Below are positions 28,482 to 39,064 of a stretch of DNA of 64,000 bases, one piece after another. The position numbers and the translations under genes were made by a program. This DNA comes from Pseudomonadota bacterium. Its GTDB lineage: Bacteria; Pseudomonadota; Gammaproteobacteria; Eutrophobiales; Eutrophobiaceae. How positions within the stretch are numbered: the stretch's first letter is position 1; each line of letters begins with the position of its first letter. The stretch is from contig JAYQJO010000001.1 in NCBI GenBank assembly GCA_038142205.1, positions 1,205,415 to 1,269,414 of the forward strand, in the 5' to 3' direction. The notes beneath the pieces were generated by a model that saw nothing but the letters and a program-made list of their open reading frames with translations, had not been told where the DNA came from and made no database searches.

Positions 28482-29906
28482 CTATTTATAGTCGCGTAAC
28501 TGATCCACATCAAACATTTCTTCAGAAATACGACCTTCTCTGTCATCCCATTGTGGATCCATGAACAGAGATGACATACGTTTGGTGATGTAATTGTTCA
28601 CCATTACATAGCGCCACTGAGCATCACCCTCGGTTGGTCTCCAAGCACGACTATCTTCCCAGTTTCTAAATTTATTACCGCGTGGGTCCTCAGTTACATG
28701 ATACTGCATGTAGTAAAATTCTTTATCGACCCAGGTACGTCGTTTTGAATACATATACTTCCCAGTCTTGTCTTTAATATCAAGAATCCAGACAGGTCGA
28801 AGTTCAAGCTCTAATGATTTGTAGTTACATTGATCATCCGTCAATACAGCTGAATCATAGATATAACCGACTTCAGGCGAAGCCAATATCCAGCCTTCAC
28901 CGGCAATTTCATAATCAAATTTAGTGACATCCGTTTTACCCCAATAAGCACGCCAGTCGTCCCAGGTAAGTTCCTGCCCGGATGCAATTGGATCTTGTGC
29001 ATCTGAGCCTGTCAACGTACGAGTTCGACGTAGGCTCGGAATGAATACTTTAAAGTCATCATCCTTATCTGCTTCAGGATAACGTTGTCTCACACCTGCT
29101 AGGCCACGTATATCATTTGGCTCAAGAAAGAAAATTGAACCACCCTCAATAAAATCTTCTTTACCCTCAACGTCTCCAACAGGACCGACATTCTGTCGAT
29201 TATGGTAATGCCACCACCACAAATCAGCCTTGTATTCAGAATCAAGTTTACCGTTTGCCGTACATGCACGCATGTGAATGGGTTCAAAATCAAGCGTGTC
29301 CGTATTGACCGAGTGAGCAACATAAGACCAGTTCAATTCCAGACCGTTTTTAGGATTTAAAAATGGAACAGAAGTAGCACCCGGACCACTCATCAAGGCA
29401 TAACTGCCATCAGGATAGAGTAACTCGCCTCTTTCATTCACTTGAAGCTCGATATTCTTTTCTTTTAATTCTTTTGTACCCGCCAAGTAACCTTTATGCA
29501 TGTAATAAGTATTGGTAGGGACAATCGTAATTTCCTTGATGTTGCTCCAGTCAGACGTCAGATGGTCTAACATTTCAGCTGGCAAATAATCTTTTAACCA
29601 GGGAAATTGCGCCATATTATCTTTGGTAATTTTAAGACCGGGTTTTAAATCGTCCGGTAAATTTGCGTTTTCCATAAGGTCATAAGCGTCATACCCACGC
29701 ACGTCTTTCCATTCTTTAGCAAGCGCAATTGCTTCCGGTTTTGAAATTTCATCGACCCATTTTTGGTGGTTTGGATTGCCACTAGTTGCAGCAAAGGCTT
29801 TCCAGGCTTCTAATGCCTTATTGGTGTCTGCACTGACGATTGGTGACAGCAGCAATGATGCTAAAGCTATTGCTGTCACTGTTGATTTTACTAATAGTTT
29901 CCTCAT
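28482..29906 (-). CDS. DUF1329-family secreted protein (partner of DUF1302; annotated in databases as outer-membrane lipoprotein-sorting-like)
   Basis: 474 aa with signal peptide and conserved C-terminal motifs (WDDWRAYWGK, EFYYMQYHVTED, RNWEDSRAWRP). Sits directly downstream of a DUF1302 gene. Confidence 0.75.
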   Translation of the reverse strand: MRKLLVKSTVTAIALASLLLSPIVSADTNKALEAWKAFAATSGNPNHQKWVDEISKPEAIALAKEWKDVRGYDAYDLMENANLPDDLKPGLKITKDNMAQFPWLKDYLPAEMLDHLTSDWSNIKEITIVPTNTYYMHKGYLAGTKELKEKNIELQVNERGELLYPDGSYALMSGPGATSVPFLNPKNGLELNWSYVAHSVNTDTLDFEPIHMRACTANGKLDSEYKADLWWWHYHNRQNVGPVGDVEGKEDFIEGGSIFFLEPNDIRGLAGVRQRYPEADKDDDFKVFIPSLRRTRTLTGSDAQDPIASGQELTWDDWRAYWGKTDVTKFDYEIAGEGWILASPEVGYIYDSAVLTDDQCNYKSLELELRPVWILDIKDKTGKYMYSKRRTWVDKEFYYMQYHVTEDPRGNKFRNWEDSRAWRPTEGDAQWRYVMVNNYITKRMSSLFMDPQWDDREGRISEEMFDVDQLRDYK

Positions 29907-29982
29907 CTTTGTTTCTCCTCAACATTATTGTTGGGTATTAATTACATTTAAAAATAGCTTAATTTAATACTGTTACTTGACC

Positions 29983-31994
29983 TTAGAATTGATAAGTTAA
30001 AGAAAATTCAACAAAATCCTTATCATCATATATTCCAATCGGGGCAGTTTCTGCTCCACCATCAAAAAACATCGCTTCTATTCTTGGACGCCAGTTTTTA
30101 CCGAAGTAGTTAAAATCAATTCTCTGTCGATAAAACGTGCCTTGTTGATCAAAGTCGCGGATGAACAGACCTTCGAAAACCAAGCGTTGTTGATGCAAAG
30201 GCGCACTCCATAGGAGAGTCACATATTGATGATCCTCAGCCACTTCACTAAAGGCATAGGGTGCTTGTACCAATAATCCTTCATCAGCATCAAAAGTATG
30301 GATATTGAAAAACTGAAAACTGGTAAAGATAGACTTTTCCTGAGTATCCCAGCCCGGTATCCATAAAGGATAATCAAAACCAATCATGGTAGAAAGAACA
30401 TCACTTTCTGTAATAGCATCACCAGATAATTGTGCTAATGCACCACTGCCTCCCACTGTACCTCCATTAAGAGGCAATGCAGTTCCTGGGGGTAGAATCC
30501 CTAATGCTTCAGCTAAAGGTACTGTACCCGTCGTTGGACTTGCAACTCTTGAACGGTTGAATTTCTTACCAAATTCATAAGAAGCCTCGAATCGAAGTGA
30601 AGGTGAGGTGTTTTTTGGTCCAAAGCGGAGGGCTTTGAAATCACCCATGTCTCGAGTAAAGGTAAAACCAAGTACTCTCTGTCGAGCTGTATAATCCAAA
30701 TTAACAATACCATTGATGGAACAAGGTACTGTACCAGCAATTAGTCCTGTTGGGTCAATACATGTTGGTGTTCCTAGAACACCCCCTGCCGCTGCTGACA
30801 AAACTGATAATGGGCTAGCTATCGTAGGTGCAGCGCCTGATTGGAATTGTCTGAGAAACGCTAAATACCCACCTGTACCAGGACCTAAAAAGCCAGCCGC
30901 CCCATTTACGACGGTCGCTACATCAGCTGCTGATAAAGGGACTGCACCAGCGGCACCACTTGAGTTGTTAAAGGCATCTCCAAGGAATAACGTTCCTCCT
31001 TCTAATGTCAATACTGGTAGATCTTGTCTACCATAAAAACCATTAATCGTCGCTTGACCACCGAGGGTGTCAAACTTCAAACGAGCTGAATATTCCGCAT
31101 CATCTAGACTCCAACGTTTTGATGTCTCTTCTCTGATATCAAAACCAAAACCAACAAAACCGGCCCCTGAAACATTATCACGAACATCTGGATAAGGCAG
31201 ACCAAAGGCACCACCTGAGGTAGGACCACCGGCAGTACTTGGAGTAGGATTGTTGATATTAAAACGACTATGATGAACCTCTGGTGTTATATTAACTTCA
31301 AGACTGGGCGCTTCATTCCTAATGATTCGAAAGCCTTCCCAATGCCCATTTTTTTTAGGTTAAAGTCAGCAGAGATCATGAAAGCTTGCACGCGTAATTC
31401 ATCTGAATCACGAAATGCAAATCTTTCACGCAGATCTTGTGCATGCAGTATATCCATTAATCGCAGCCCATCTGATTGACCCCAACCACGCTGTTGTTTA
31501 CCAATTTTGATAGTAAAGCGATTTTTCTTATCACGATATTTGACCGACAATTCCCGTAGAACTTCATTTAAATCATTAAACTGACTTTGTTCATGTGAGT
31601 TTGAACAAAAGGTATCTGTCAAAGATCCTGTACAGTTGCCCCTGTTCACATGATATGGCAAACCTTGACGAAACAAAGCAGAAGGATTTGTTACATCAAA
31701 AGGATTTTTGATACTACTATTTTGCCTAAGAAAATCGCCGCTTTTAGGCGCAAAATCACCTCGTAGCCATGCATTTGCAACAAACGTCCATTGTCTACTT
31801 GGTCGCCATGACCATTTGGCTTCAGCCAAATAATTGGTCGGACCATTGGTGACACCCTGATTATCGAGATCAAACAGTGCCGATGTCCCTTGTTTAATAC
31901 GGCCATTAAGCGTGTATTTTTTACCTGCAGCTGTGGCCTGAAAACTGGTAAGGATTAACACCAGAGTGATAAGAAAACCTATACTGTTTTTCAT
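29983..31994 (-). CDS. DUF1302-family outer-membrane protein (~670 aa), frameshifted in T8 run 31349-31356
   Basis: N-terminal ORF 31287..31994 has a signal peptide. C-terminal ORF 29983..31080 ends in an aromatic C-terminal residue typical of beta-barrels. The intervening segment reads through in-frame (NGHWEGFRIIRNEAPSLEVNITPEVHH...RLKFDTLGG) if the A-run is 9 rather than 8. Confidence 0.7.
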
Positions 31995-32100
31995 TTTTTG
32001 ACTCCCCTCAAATCAAATAATAATAAGAATGATAAAAAAAATTATTTATTTTTAACAATTTCAATCAGTTAAATTTTGTTTATCATTTAAAAACTTAAAA

Positions 32101-32141
32101 ATAACACCAAATAACACCAAAATAACACCAAATAACAACAG
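32101..32141. repeat. Tandem direct repeat, 3 perfect plus 1 degenerate copies of ATAACACCAA(A), upstream of the DUF1302 operon
   Basis: ataacaccaa ataacaccaa aataacaccaa ataacaacag, read directly. Confidence 0.7.
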
Positions 32142-32359
32142 TTTCTTGATGATACAAAAAAGATTGATTAATAAATTACAATACTATTAAGCAAAAAATA
32201 CACCAAATAATTTTTTCTTTTATTATCAATAACTTAATATATAAACAATAAATATTATTTTATAAATTTTGCCATATTATTAATTCTGATTATCTATATG
32301 ATAATTTATATTTATTGTTTTCTTGTCTCGTTTCTCCAAATTCAGTTTAAATACGCATT

Positions 32360-34678
32360 CTATTTGTTTATTTTAAATATCGCGCGTGGTTTAAATATGG
32401 TTAATGCTGCTGGTATAAATAATAAGGAACCCAGCATATTCATAAATAAGACGACGCCTAATAGCATGCCCATTTCTGATTGGAAGCGTAACGGCGACAT
32501 AAATGCCCAGGGTAACAACGGACCAATCATGGTAATTGCCGTAATAAAAATGGCGTTACCGGATGTACGAAATGCATTTTGAACAGCCTCGTAGATACTC
32601 TCTATATTTTTGCCGTATTCCTCTTTGATCCTGTCTACCATGTATATACCGTAATCAACACCTAGTCCGACACCTAGCGCGGTCAATGGTAAAGTGCTCA
32701 CATTCAAACCAACACCCTTCCAAGCCATAAAAGCATAAGTCAGCGCATTAGCAGTTGCTAAACTCAATAACAGAATTAATGCCACGACCAGTGAGCGGTA
32801 ATAGAGCACAATACAGGCACCGATTACTAACACAATAGCTATCATGATATTCCGATTTGATCTGGTGATTTCTGCATTCAATGCCTCAACAATGCCCACT
32901 TGCCCGCCTGAGTATAGGAAAGTAGCTTTACTGACCTGTTCAGCCTTGTTATCAAAAAATCCTTTGAGGGTATTCGTCATTTTTTCAATTGTTTCTACGC
33001 TATGATCTTCTAGAAAGAATGAAATATTACCTATTTCCCATTCCTTGTTAGTAAAGGCTGCAAAGTCACCCGGCTCACCACGGGAGCGATACATATAAAT
33101 ATCGAAACCTACCTCTTTTGTGGTATCAGGTATCAACTCATAAGAAGGGTCACCTTCAAACAGTACCGTGTTTACCAATTTGATGATGGGAACCAGACTT
33201 TGAGCAGGGCGCACTTCAGACATATGTTCATACATATAACGATCCATTGCCTCAGTCTGATGATAAACACTAGGATCTAGCATGGTGTTTTCATCACCTT
33301 CGATATAAACCTGCATCATATCTGAACCTAAAAATGAAAAGCGGGTATTAATAGACTCTGAATCGAGATTAAATCTGGAATCAGGCCAAAGAATAGCACT
33401 CCCCTTAGTATCACCAACTGCCAAATTACTCGAGTAAGACATACCAAGGACCAATAAGGTTAAGGTTGCAACCATCATTATATATTTATGATGTTCAAGA
33501 TTGATCACGGCTGACCAGATTGAGTTAAGAATAACCGAACCGGTTTTATGTGTTTTAGGGATTTTAATTACACATAATAAGCATGAACCAAAGATAAGGG
33601 CAGGAATGATAGACAATAACCAGACACCGCAGATCAATGCCAAACCTTTAATACTTGGAATCGCCACTAGTCCCAATACCAGAAAACCTGCTGCATCAGT
33701 AATAATGGCAGCGGTACTGGGTACTAATAATCGTCCTAGTCCTTGCCGTGTGCACTCCCGGAGATTTTTTTGTCTAGTTTTACAAGCATTAAGATTATCA
33801 AGAATACGAGTTGTTAATTGAACAGCATGTGACAATACGATAGCAAAGATAAAGGCCGGTAACAGGATCAAAAGTGGATCTAGATTATAGTGCAAAAATC
33901 CCATTGCCCCTAGTCCCCAGATGGTTGCCACTGTTGCGGTTGTCATAGGTACAATTACCCCAACCCATGTTTTAAAATATAAAAACAAAACCAGAGCAAC
34001 AATTAAAAAAGAAACGAGCATAATGCCAAAGACGGCATCCAATGATTGGTAAATATAACCCAGTAGTATAGGTCTGCCGACTACATTAATAGACAGGCTC
34101 TCATCTTCCATCTCTGCTTTTAGATCATCGAAAAATTTTAATATTTCTTCAAAATCAGCCTCATCTTTAAAATCGGCAATCACCATCGCAGAATTTTCAT
34201 CGTCAGAGACTAGAAAACCTCGGTATTGAGCATTGACAGCTTGGCGAAATTTAAGCATATCTTGTTCATTCTGAGGAATATTTGGCCACATGATAGCGGT
34301 AACATTAACGGTACCACCTGACCCAGTAATTGCCTTTGTTTTCTTTAAAACTAAAGACTGGCTTAAATGTCGGTGTGTATCTGGATGGTAGTAAATATCT
34401 TCTGCAATTTTCTTATATTTATTAAGAAACTCTACGTCATAGATGTCACCCTGTTCATTTTTAATTTCGATTAGCGTCGTATTCGCACCACCAAATTGGG
34501 CACCAAATCTTAAGAATAAATCAACATTTTTTGCACCTGCAGGTAGCATTTCTTCTAATACAACATCAAGGGATAACCCATGATAAGCATAATAAGCAGG
34601 GACACTAGTGAGAGTCAGGAGGATAAGAAGAACGGTCCAAGCTCGCTTGCAAACAAAATCGGCAAATCGTTGTATCAT
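32360..34678 (-). CDS. RND-superfamily / MMPL-type (sterol-sensing-domain-like) membrane exporter
   Basis: 772 aa, two blocks of ~6 TM helices each preceded by large periplasmic loops, as in MMPL/HpnN-type RND proteins. The 4-bp overlap with the upstream BNR gene indicates an operon. Confidence 0.7.
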   Translation of the reverse strand: MIQRFADFVCKRAWTVLLILLTLTSVPAYYAYHGLSLDVVLEEMLPAGAKNVDLFLRFGAQFGGANTTLIEIKNEQGDIYDVEFLNKYKKIAEDIYYHPDTHRHLSQSLVLKKTKAITGSGGTVNVTAIMWPNIPQNEQDMLKFRQAVNAQYRGFLVSDDENSAMVIADFKDEADFEEILKFFDDLKAEMEDESLSINVVGRPILLGYIYQSLDAVFGIMLVSFLIVALVLFLYFKTWVGVIVPMTTATVATIWGLGAMGFLHYNLDPLLILLPAFIFAIVLSHAVQLTTRILDNLNACKTRQKNLRECTRQGLGRLLVPSTAAIITDAAGFLVLGLVAIPSIKGLALICGVWLLSIIPALIFGSCLLCVIKIPKTHKTGSVILNSIWSAVINLEHHKYIMMVATLTLLVLGMSYSSNLAVGDTKGSAILWPDSRFNLDSESINTRFSFLGSDMMQVYIEGDENTMLDPSVYHQTEAMDRYMYEHMSEVRPAQSLVPIIKLVNTVLFEGDPSYELIPDTTKEVGFDIYMYRSRGEPGDFAAFTNKEWEIGNISFFLEDHSVETIEKMTNTLKGFFDNKAEQVSKATFLYSGGQVGIVEALNAEITRSNRNIMIAIVLVIGACIVLYYRSLVVALILLLSLATANALTYAFMAWKGVGLNVSTLPLTALGVGLGVDYGIYMVDRIKEEYGKNIESIYEAVQNAFRTSGNAIFITAITMIGPLLPWAFMSPLRFQSEMGMLLGVVLFMNMLGSLLFIPAALTIFKPRAIFKINK

Positions 34679-35874
34679 TTTTCATCTCCCCAACGGTTTG
34701 TCACTAATTTCACATTCTTTGAAGACGCGAGATTAAAATCCGGTACATATGTCATCTCTTTTAAACTTCCAGATACTACAAGACCGCGTATTCCAGGTGA
34801 CCATATCGTTCCGTTTGGTGTAATAGCGACGCCACCCAACCAGATATAAGCAAGCGGAAAGCTAGCTTCCGTTTTCAGCTCACTCACTATTGCGCCGTTA
34901 ACTTTCAACATCGTTGATTTACCTGCCACAATCGCCTCACCATTATCGGACATGGCAATATCAAAAAGATGTTCATTCGTATTCGATTCAATTTTTTCTA
35001 TATGATACTCAATCTCACTCGTCGGTAATTGTTCAACCATAGAGGGAATGTATTCTTTTTTGAGTCGTTTCGCTTTTGCCCGAGCTTTCTTTTCTTTTTT
35101 TGCCGCATCTTTCAAGAGCTTTGCTGCAATCTCTTCACGTTGTTCATCTGTTGCAATACTCAACTGCGCGATATTGCCATCAAGCCCGACAACATAAGCT
35201 CTATCACCTACACCAGAAATAGCTAACCAGGTGGTTTTATATTCATTAGGGGAGACTAACCAGGTAACTCCAGCATTTTCGGTATGTGCAATGGTGCCGA
35301 ACTCACCCACCAAAATGGCATTGTTAGCATCTTTCGCGTAGATACCATGTAATCTCGGTTTATCACGTCCAATAAAGCCAAGTAGATTTTGTTGTTGCCA
35401 TGAGTGACCCCCGTCACTGGTATGCCAGATACCTGTATTATGCCCAACTATCCAACCATTGTTTTCATCCACAAAATCAATGTCTCTCAAATAGATGCCT
35501 GGGATTTCCTTTTGAACTTCCCAGGTTTGTCCTGCATCTGAGGTATGAAAAATTGAACCACGATGACCTACAGCCCAACCCGTATTCTCATTGACAAATG
35601 AAAGTCTACGAATAAGTTCATTTCGACCTATATAAAATGCATCCCAGTTTTTACCGCCATCTTTCGTGCGTAAAACAGTGCCGCTATATCCTGCAATAAA
35701 ACCAACATCATTATTTACAAACTCTACGGCATAGAGATTATCTGGCCAAAAACGATGGAAATTGCCTGGTTCTGCCTCATTTTGAGAGAAGGTAACCACT
35801 GGAGATAAAAATATCAGAACCAGGCAAATAAACCGTATTATAAAGTATGATTGATTTGAATATGTATGTTGCAA
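34675..35874 (-). CDS. Ycf48-like / BNR-repeat beta-propeller protein with signal peptide and a Lys/Ala-rich coiled segment
   Basis: 399 aa with repeated GxxG[WY]xVG, TxDGGxTW and S[DN]G..W BNR/Ycf48-type motifs. Confidence 0.6.
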   Translation of the reverse strand: MQHTYSNQSYFIIRFICLVLIFLSPVVTFSQNEAEPGNFHRFWPDNLYAVEFVNNDVGFIAGYSGTVLRTKDGGKNWDAFYIGRNELIRRLSFVNENTGWAVGHRGSIFHTSDAGQTWEVQKEIPGIYLRDIDFVDENNGWIVGHNTGIWHTSDGGHSWQQQNLLGFIGRDKPRLHGIYAKDANNAILVGEFGTIAHTENAGVTWLVSPNEYKTTWLAISGVGDRAYVVGLDGNIAQLSIATDEQREEIAAKLLKDAAKKEKKARAKAKRLKKEYIPSMVEQLPTSEIEYHIEKIESNTNEHLFDIAMSDNGEAIVAGKSTMLKVNGAIVSELKTEASFPLAYIWLGGVAITPNGTIWSPGIRGLVVSGSLKEMTYVPDFNLASSKNVKLVTNRWGDEK

Positions 35875-36149
35875 AATGGCTCCACAAACTTAAAGCAAAA
35901 ATACGAAGATATTATTTTTTTTAATTCTAGCACTTTGTATGCCACTCTATTTTTATGATTAATTTCAATATATTACTTAAATTTCTATATTATTTTTTAT
36001 TATAATTTTATCATATCATTAATTAGACTGCCTTCTTAAACAAGCGTCAACTTTTGATCACTAATTGCTATTATGTGATTAGGTATACTTAGGTTATCAA
36101 ATTTAATCTGTTACTCTACAATTTACCTTTAATTTAATGGATTGCAGAT

Positions 36150-37558
36150 TTGATGAACCAATATTTATTATCTCTTTGTATCTTGCTTATTTGGTCAGTT
36201 TCAGTCACTGCTGACACGAATAAAGCGCTGGACGAATGGCGCACTTTTTCAGAAAAAACAGGAAATTCGAATCATGCTAAATGGGTCGAAGAGATTTCTA
36301 AACCAGAAGCAATTGAACTAGCCAAACGCTGGAAAACGCTACGAGGTTATGATGCACATGACTTGATTGCTGAAGTTGATCTACCAGCAGATCTCAAAGC
36401 CGGTTTAACTATTAAAAAATCAGATGCCACTAATTTTCCATGGTTAAAAAAATACATGGCAGATGAGATGTATCGGGCGTTATCTACAAAAGAAGGGTAT
36501 ATAAACTCTATAACGATAGTTCCAACAAATACTTATTACATGCATGCTGGCGTATTAAGTGCGACACAAACTATGCTTGATAATGGCATTGTCCCTAAGA
36601 CAGACGCTAGCAGCACGTTGCTAAACCCTGATGGCACGGTTACCTTGCTAAATAATGAAACCGCTAGCGCTATTCCTTACCTGCATCCCAAAAATGGTTT
36701 GGAACTGAACTGGTCCTATGTTGCGCATGGCGTGGGCACAGAAACATTATACTTTGATCCGATTCAAGCAAACGCATGTGATGCTAATGGAAAAATAGAT
36801 CGTGAATATACTGCTGTCATGTGGTGGCAGAAATTTCACGGCAGATCACAGATTGGAGATGAAAAAGAAGTATTTGGCATGGAAGAATTTATTGAAGGGG
36901 ATCAATCTTTGCGCAATCACCTTATGACGTCCGTGGTTTTACTGGTGTCAGGCTTCGCTATGGTGATGGCACAAAATCTGATGATTTTAAAATATATTTA
37001 CCCGCCACAAATCGAACTCGCACTTTAACCGGGACAGATTCGCAAGATCCAATGTGGGCTGGACTTGAAATATCATGGGATGATTGGCGAGCCTATTGGG
37101 GGAAAACGAATATAGATCAATTTGAGTACAAGCTACTTGGTGAAACACTCATTCTTGCATCCCCGGAGGTCGGTTATGTTTATGATTCAAGAAAATTAAC
37201 CGATTCAGGATGCAAAATAGAATCGATGGAACTGGAACTGCGTCCCGTTTGGATATTGGAGATCACTGATAAAACCGGTGCTTATCAATATAAAAAGCGT
37301 ACAACTTACATTGATAAAGAATTTTATTACATGCAGTACCATGTGACGACAGATCAACGTGATAATGTATTTCGAACCTGGGAAGATAGTCGCGCCTGGC
37401 GACCTTCCGATGGTGATTCCCAATGGCGACATATTACCATCCACAACGAAATGAATAACCGAATCAATATCATCGATGCCACGGCTGTATGGGAAGGCCG
37501 TGCAGAAGAAGTAACCGAAGAGCAATTTGATGTTGATCAATTACGCGACTATCAATAA
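36150..37558 (+). CDS. Second DUF1329-family paralogue, frameshifted at G4 run 36897-36900
   Basis: ORFs 36150..37028 and 37052..37558 are colinear with the 28482..29906 protein. An alternative frame across 36900-37080 restores GSIFAQSPYDVRGF...TNRTRTLTGTDSQDP...SWDDWR. Confidence 0.7.
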
Positions 37559-37585
37559 CGTTACGTTTAATAACCTAACCTTAAA

Positions 37586-38566
37586 ATGAAAAAAACCAAT
37601 GCCTCGGTAATTCACAAAACTGGAGGCCCTGAAGTTTTCAAGTTTGATGAAGTTAATCTTCCTTCTCCAAACAAAGATGAAGTGATCATCCGTCATACTG
37701 CAATAGGTGTAAATTATCTTGATACCTATTACCGCTCCGGATTATACCCTATCGACTTACCGGCAATTTTGGGAGATGAGGGTGTCGGGATTATTACAAA
37801 AACTGGTAAGGGCGTTACTGACTTTAATATCGGTGACCGAGTCGCCTACCCTGCTTGTAGTGGTGGTGGTTACGCTGAGACACGTGTAATAAGTAGCAAG
37901 CATATTGTTCCAGTACCTGAAACAATTACAGATGAAATAGTTGCGGCAAGTTTATTACGTGGAATGACTGTAGAGTATCTAGTGCGTCGCTTATATCAAA
38001 TAAAATCGGGCGACACGATTCTTGTACACGCAGCCGCAGGAGGAGTGGGTTTAATATTATGTCAATGGGCCAAACATTTGGGTGCAACGGTCATTGGAAC
38101 TGTTAGCACTGAAAGTAAGGCAAGAATTGCTGCTGAACATGGCTGCGATTTTCCCATTATTTATACCGAAGTAGATTTTGTTAAAGAGGTTAAAGAAATT
38201 ACCAAAGAAAAAATGGTCGATGTTGTTTATGACGGCATTGGCAAAAAAACGTTCATGGACTCTCTTGATTGTTTGCGACCAAGAGGATTGATGGTAAGTT
38301 TTGGCAATGCTTCCGGCAAACCTGAGCCAATTGATGTGCTGGAACTGGCAAAAAGAGGTTCTTTATTTGTTACACGACCAACATTATTTGAATACGCCAG
38401 AAAACAATCAGAATTACTCGCTGGAGCAAAAGCTTATTTTAATATGCTTGAGCAGGGCATCATTAAAATAACAATTGGTAAGCGCTTTCCTTTAAGAGCT
38501 GCCTCTGAAGCGCATCAATACCTGCAAGATAGAAACCAAATCGGCGCACCTATTTTATTACCTTAA
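37586..38566 (+). CDS. qor: NADPH:quinone oxidoreductase (Qor, zeta-crystallin-like MDR family)
   Basis: 326 aa with AAAGGVG Rossmann motif and quinone-oxidoreductase-type MDR layout (no catalytic zinc ligands). Confidence 0.75.
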   Translation: MKKTNASVIHKTGGPEVFKFDEVNLPSPNKDEVIIRHTAIGVNYLDTYYRSGLYPIDLPAILGDEGVGIITKTGKGVTDFNIGDRVAYPACSGGGYAETRVISSKHIVPVPETITDEIVAASLLRGMTVEYLVRRLYQIKSGDTILVHAAAGGVGLILCQWAKHLGATVIGTVSTESKARIAAEHGCDFPIIYTEVDFVKEVKEITKEKMVDVVYDGIGKKTFMDSLDCLRPRGLMVSFGNASGKPEPIDVLELAKRGSLFVTRPTLFEYARKQSELLAGAKAYFNMLEQGIIKITIGKRFPLRAASEAHQYLQDRNQIGAPILLP

Positions 38567-38617
38567 CTGCTGATGTGAGTGCGATAGTGTTTACTATGAT
38601 CAAATATAATTTATTAA

Positions 38618-38640
38618 CTTAACCAGCTGAGCTACGCGCC
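38618..38640 (-). other. Orphan tRNA 5'-end fragment (acceptor stem plus D-arm GGCGCGTAGCTCAGCTGGTTAAG), not continued into a full tRNA
   Basis: Minus-strand sequence matches the conserved tRNA 5' region including the D-loop TAGCTCAGCTGG, but no anticodon or T arm follows. Confidence 0.35.
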
Positions 38641-39064
38641 TATATAATTATCTCGGACATCTAATTATTGTCCTTAAATAAAGGCGGCATAGAATACAAA
38701 ATTGCAGATAAAATACAACGTATATTTAATTATTGATTTTATCCTAACTTACTTTTTTAAATCCGATTGAACCATATCATTGACCAATTCTTCACAAAGA
38801 GGCTTTTATATTTCCAACTAAGCTCTTTTTTGCTATAGATGGCTATCCTAGCAACGTTTCAACCTCAGTAGGAAGGTAATAACAAGAATCTATTTCTATT
38901 AAAGCGCGATATATTCCATATGGCTCACGATAGCTTACAGTTATCCAGTACGTGTAAATTTTTGCCGCGTCTATTTAGAAACTCAGCTAATAAAACACCA
39001 TCTTATTCGGCGACTACTGCAATCAATGCACGTTTACTCATTAAACAATCATTCCTCATAAAAT

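Noticed and set aside
32101-32141. Possible CRISPR array (also the (CTTATT)n array at 58654..58701)
   Set aside because: The units are 6-11 bp and directly abut with no unique spacers. There are no cas genes. They are simple tandem repeats.
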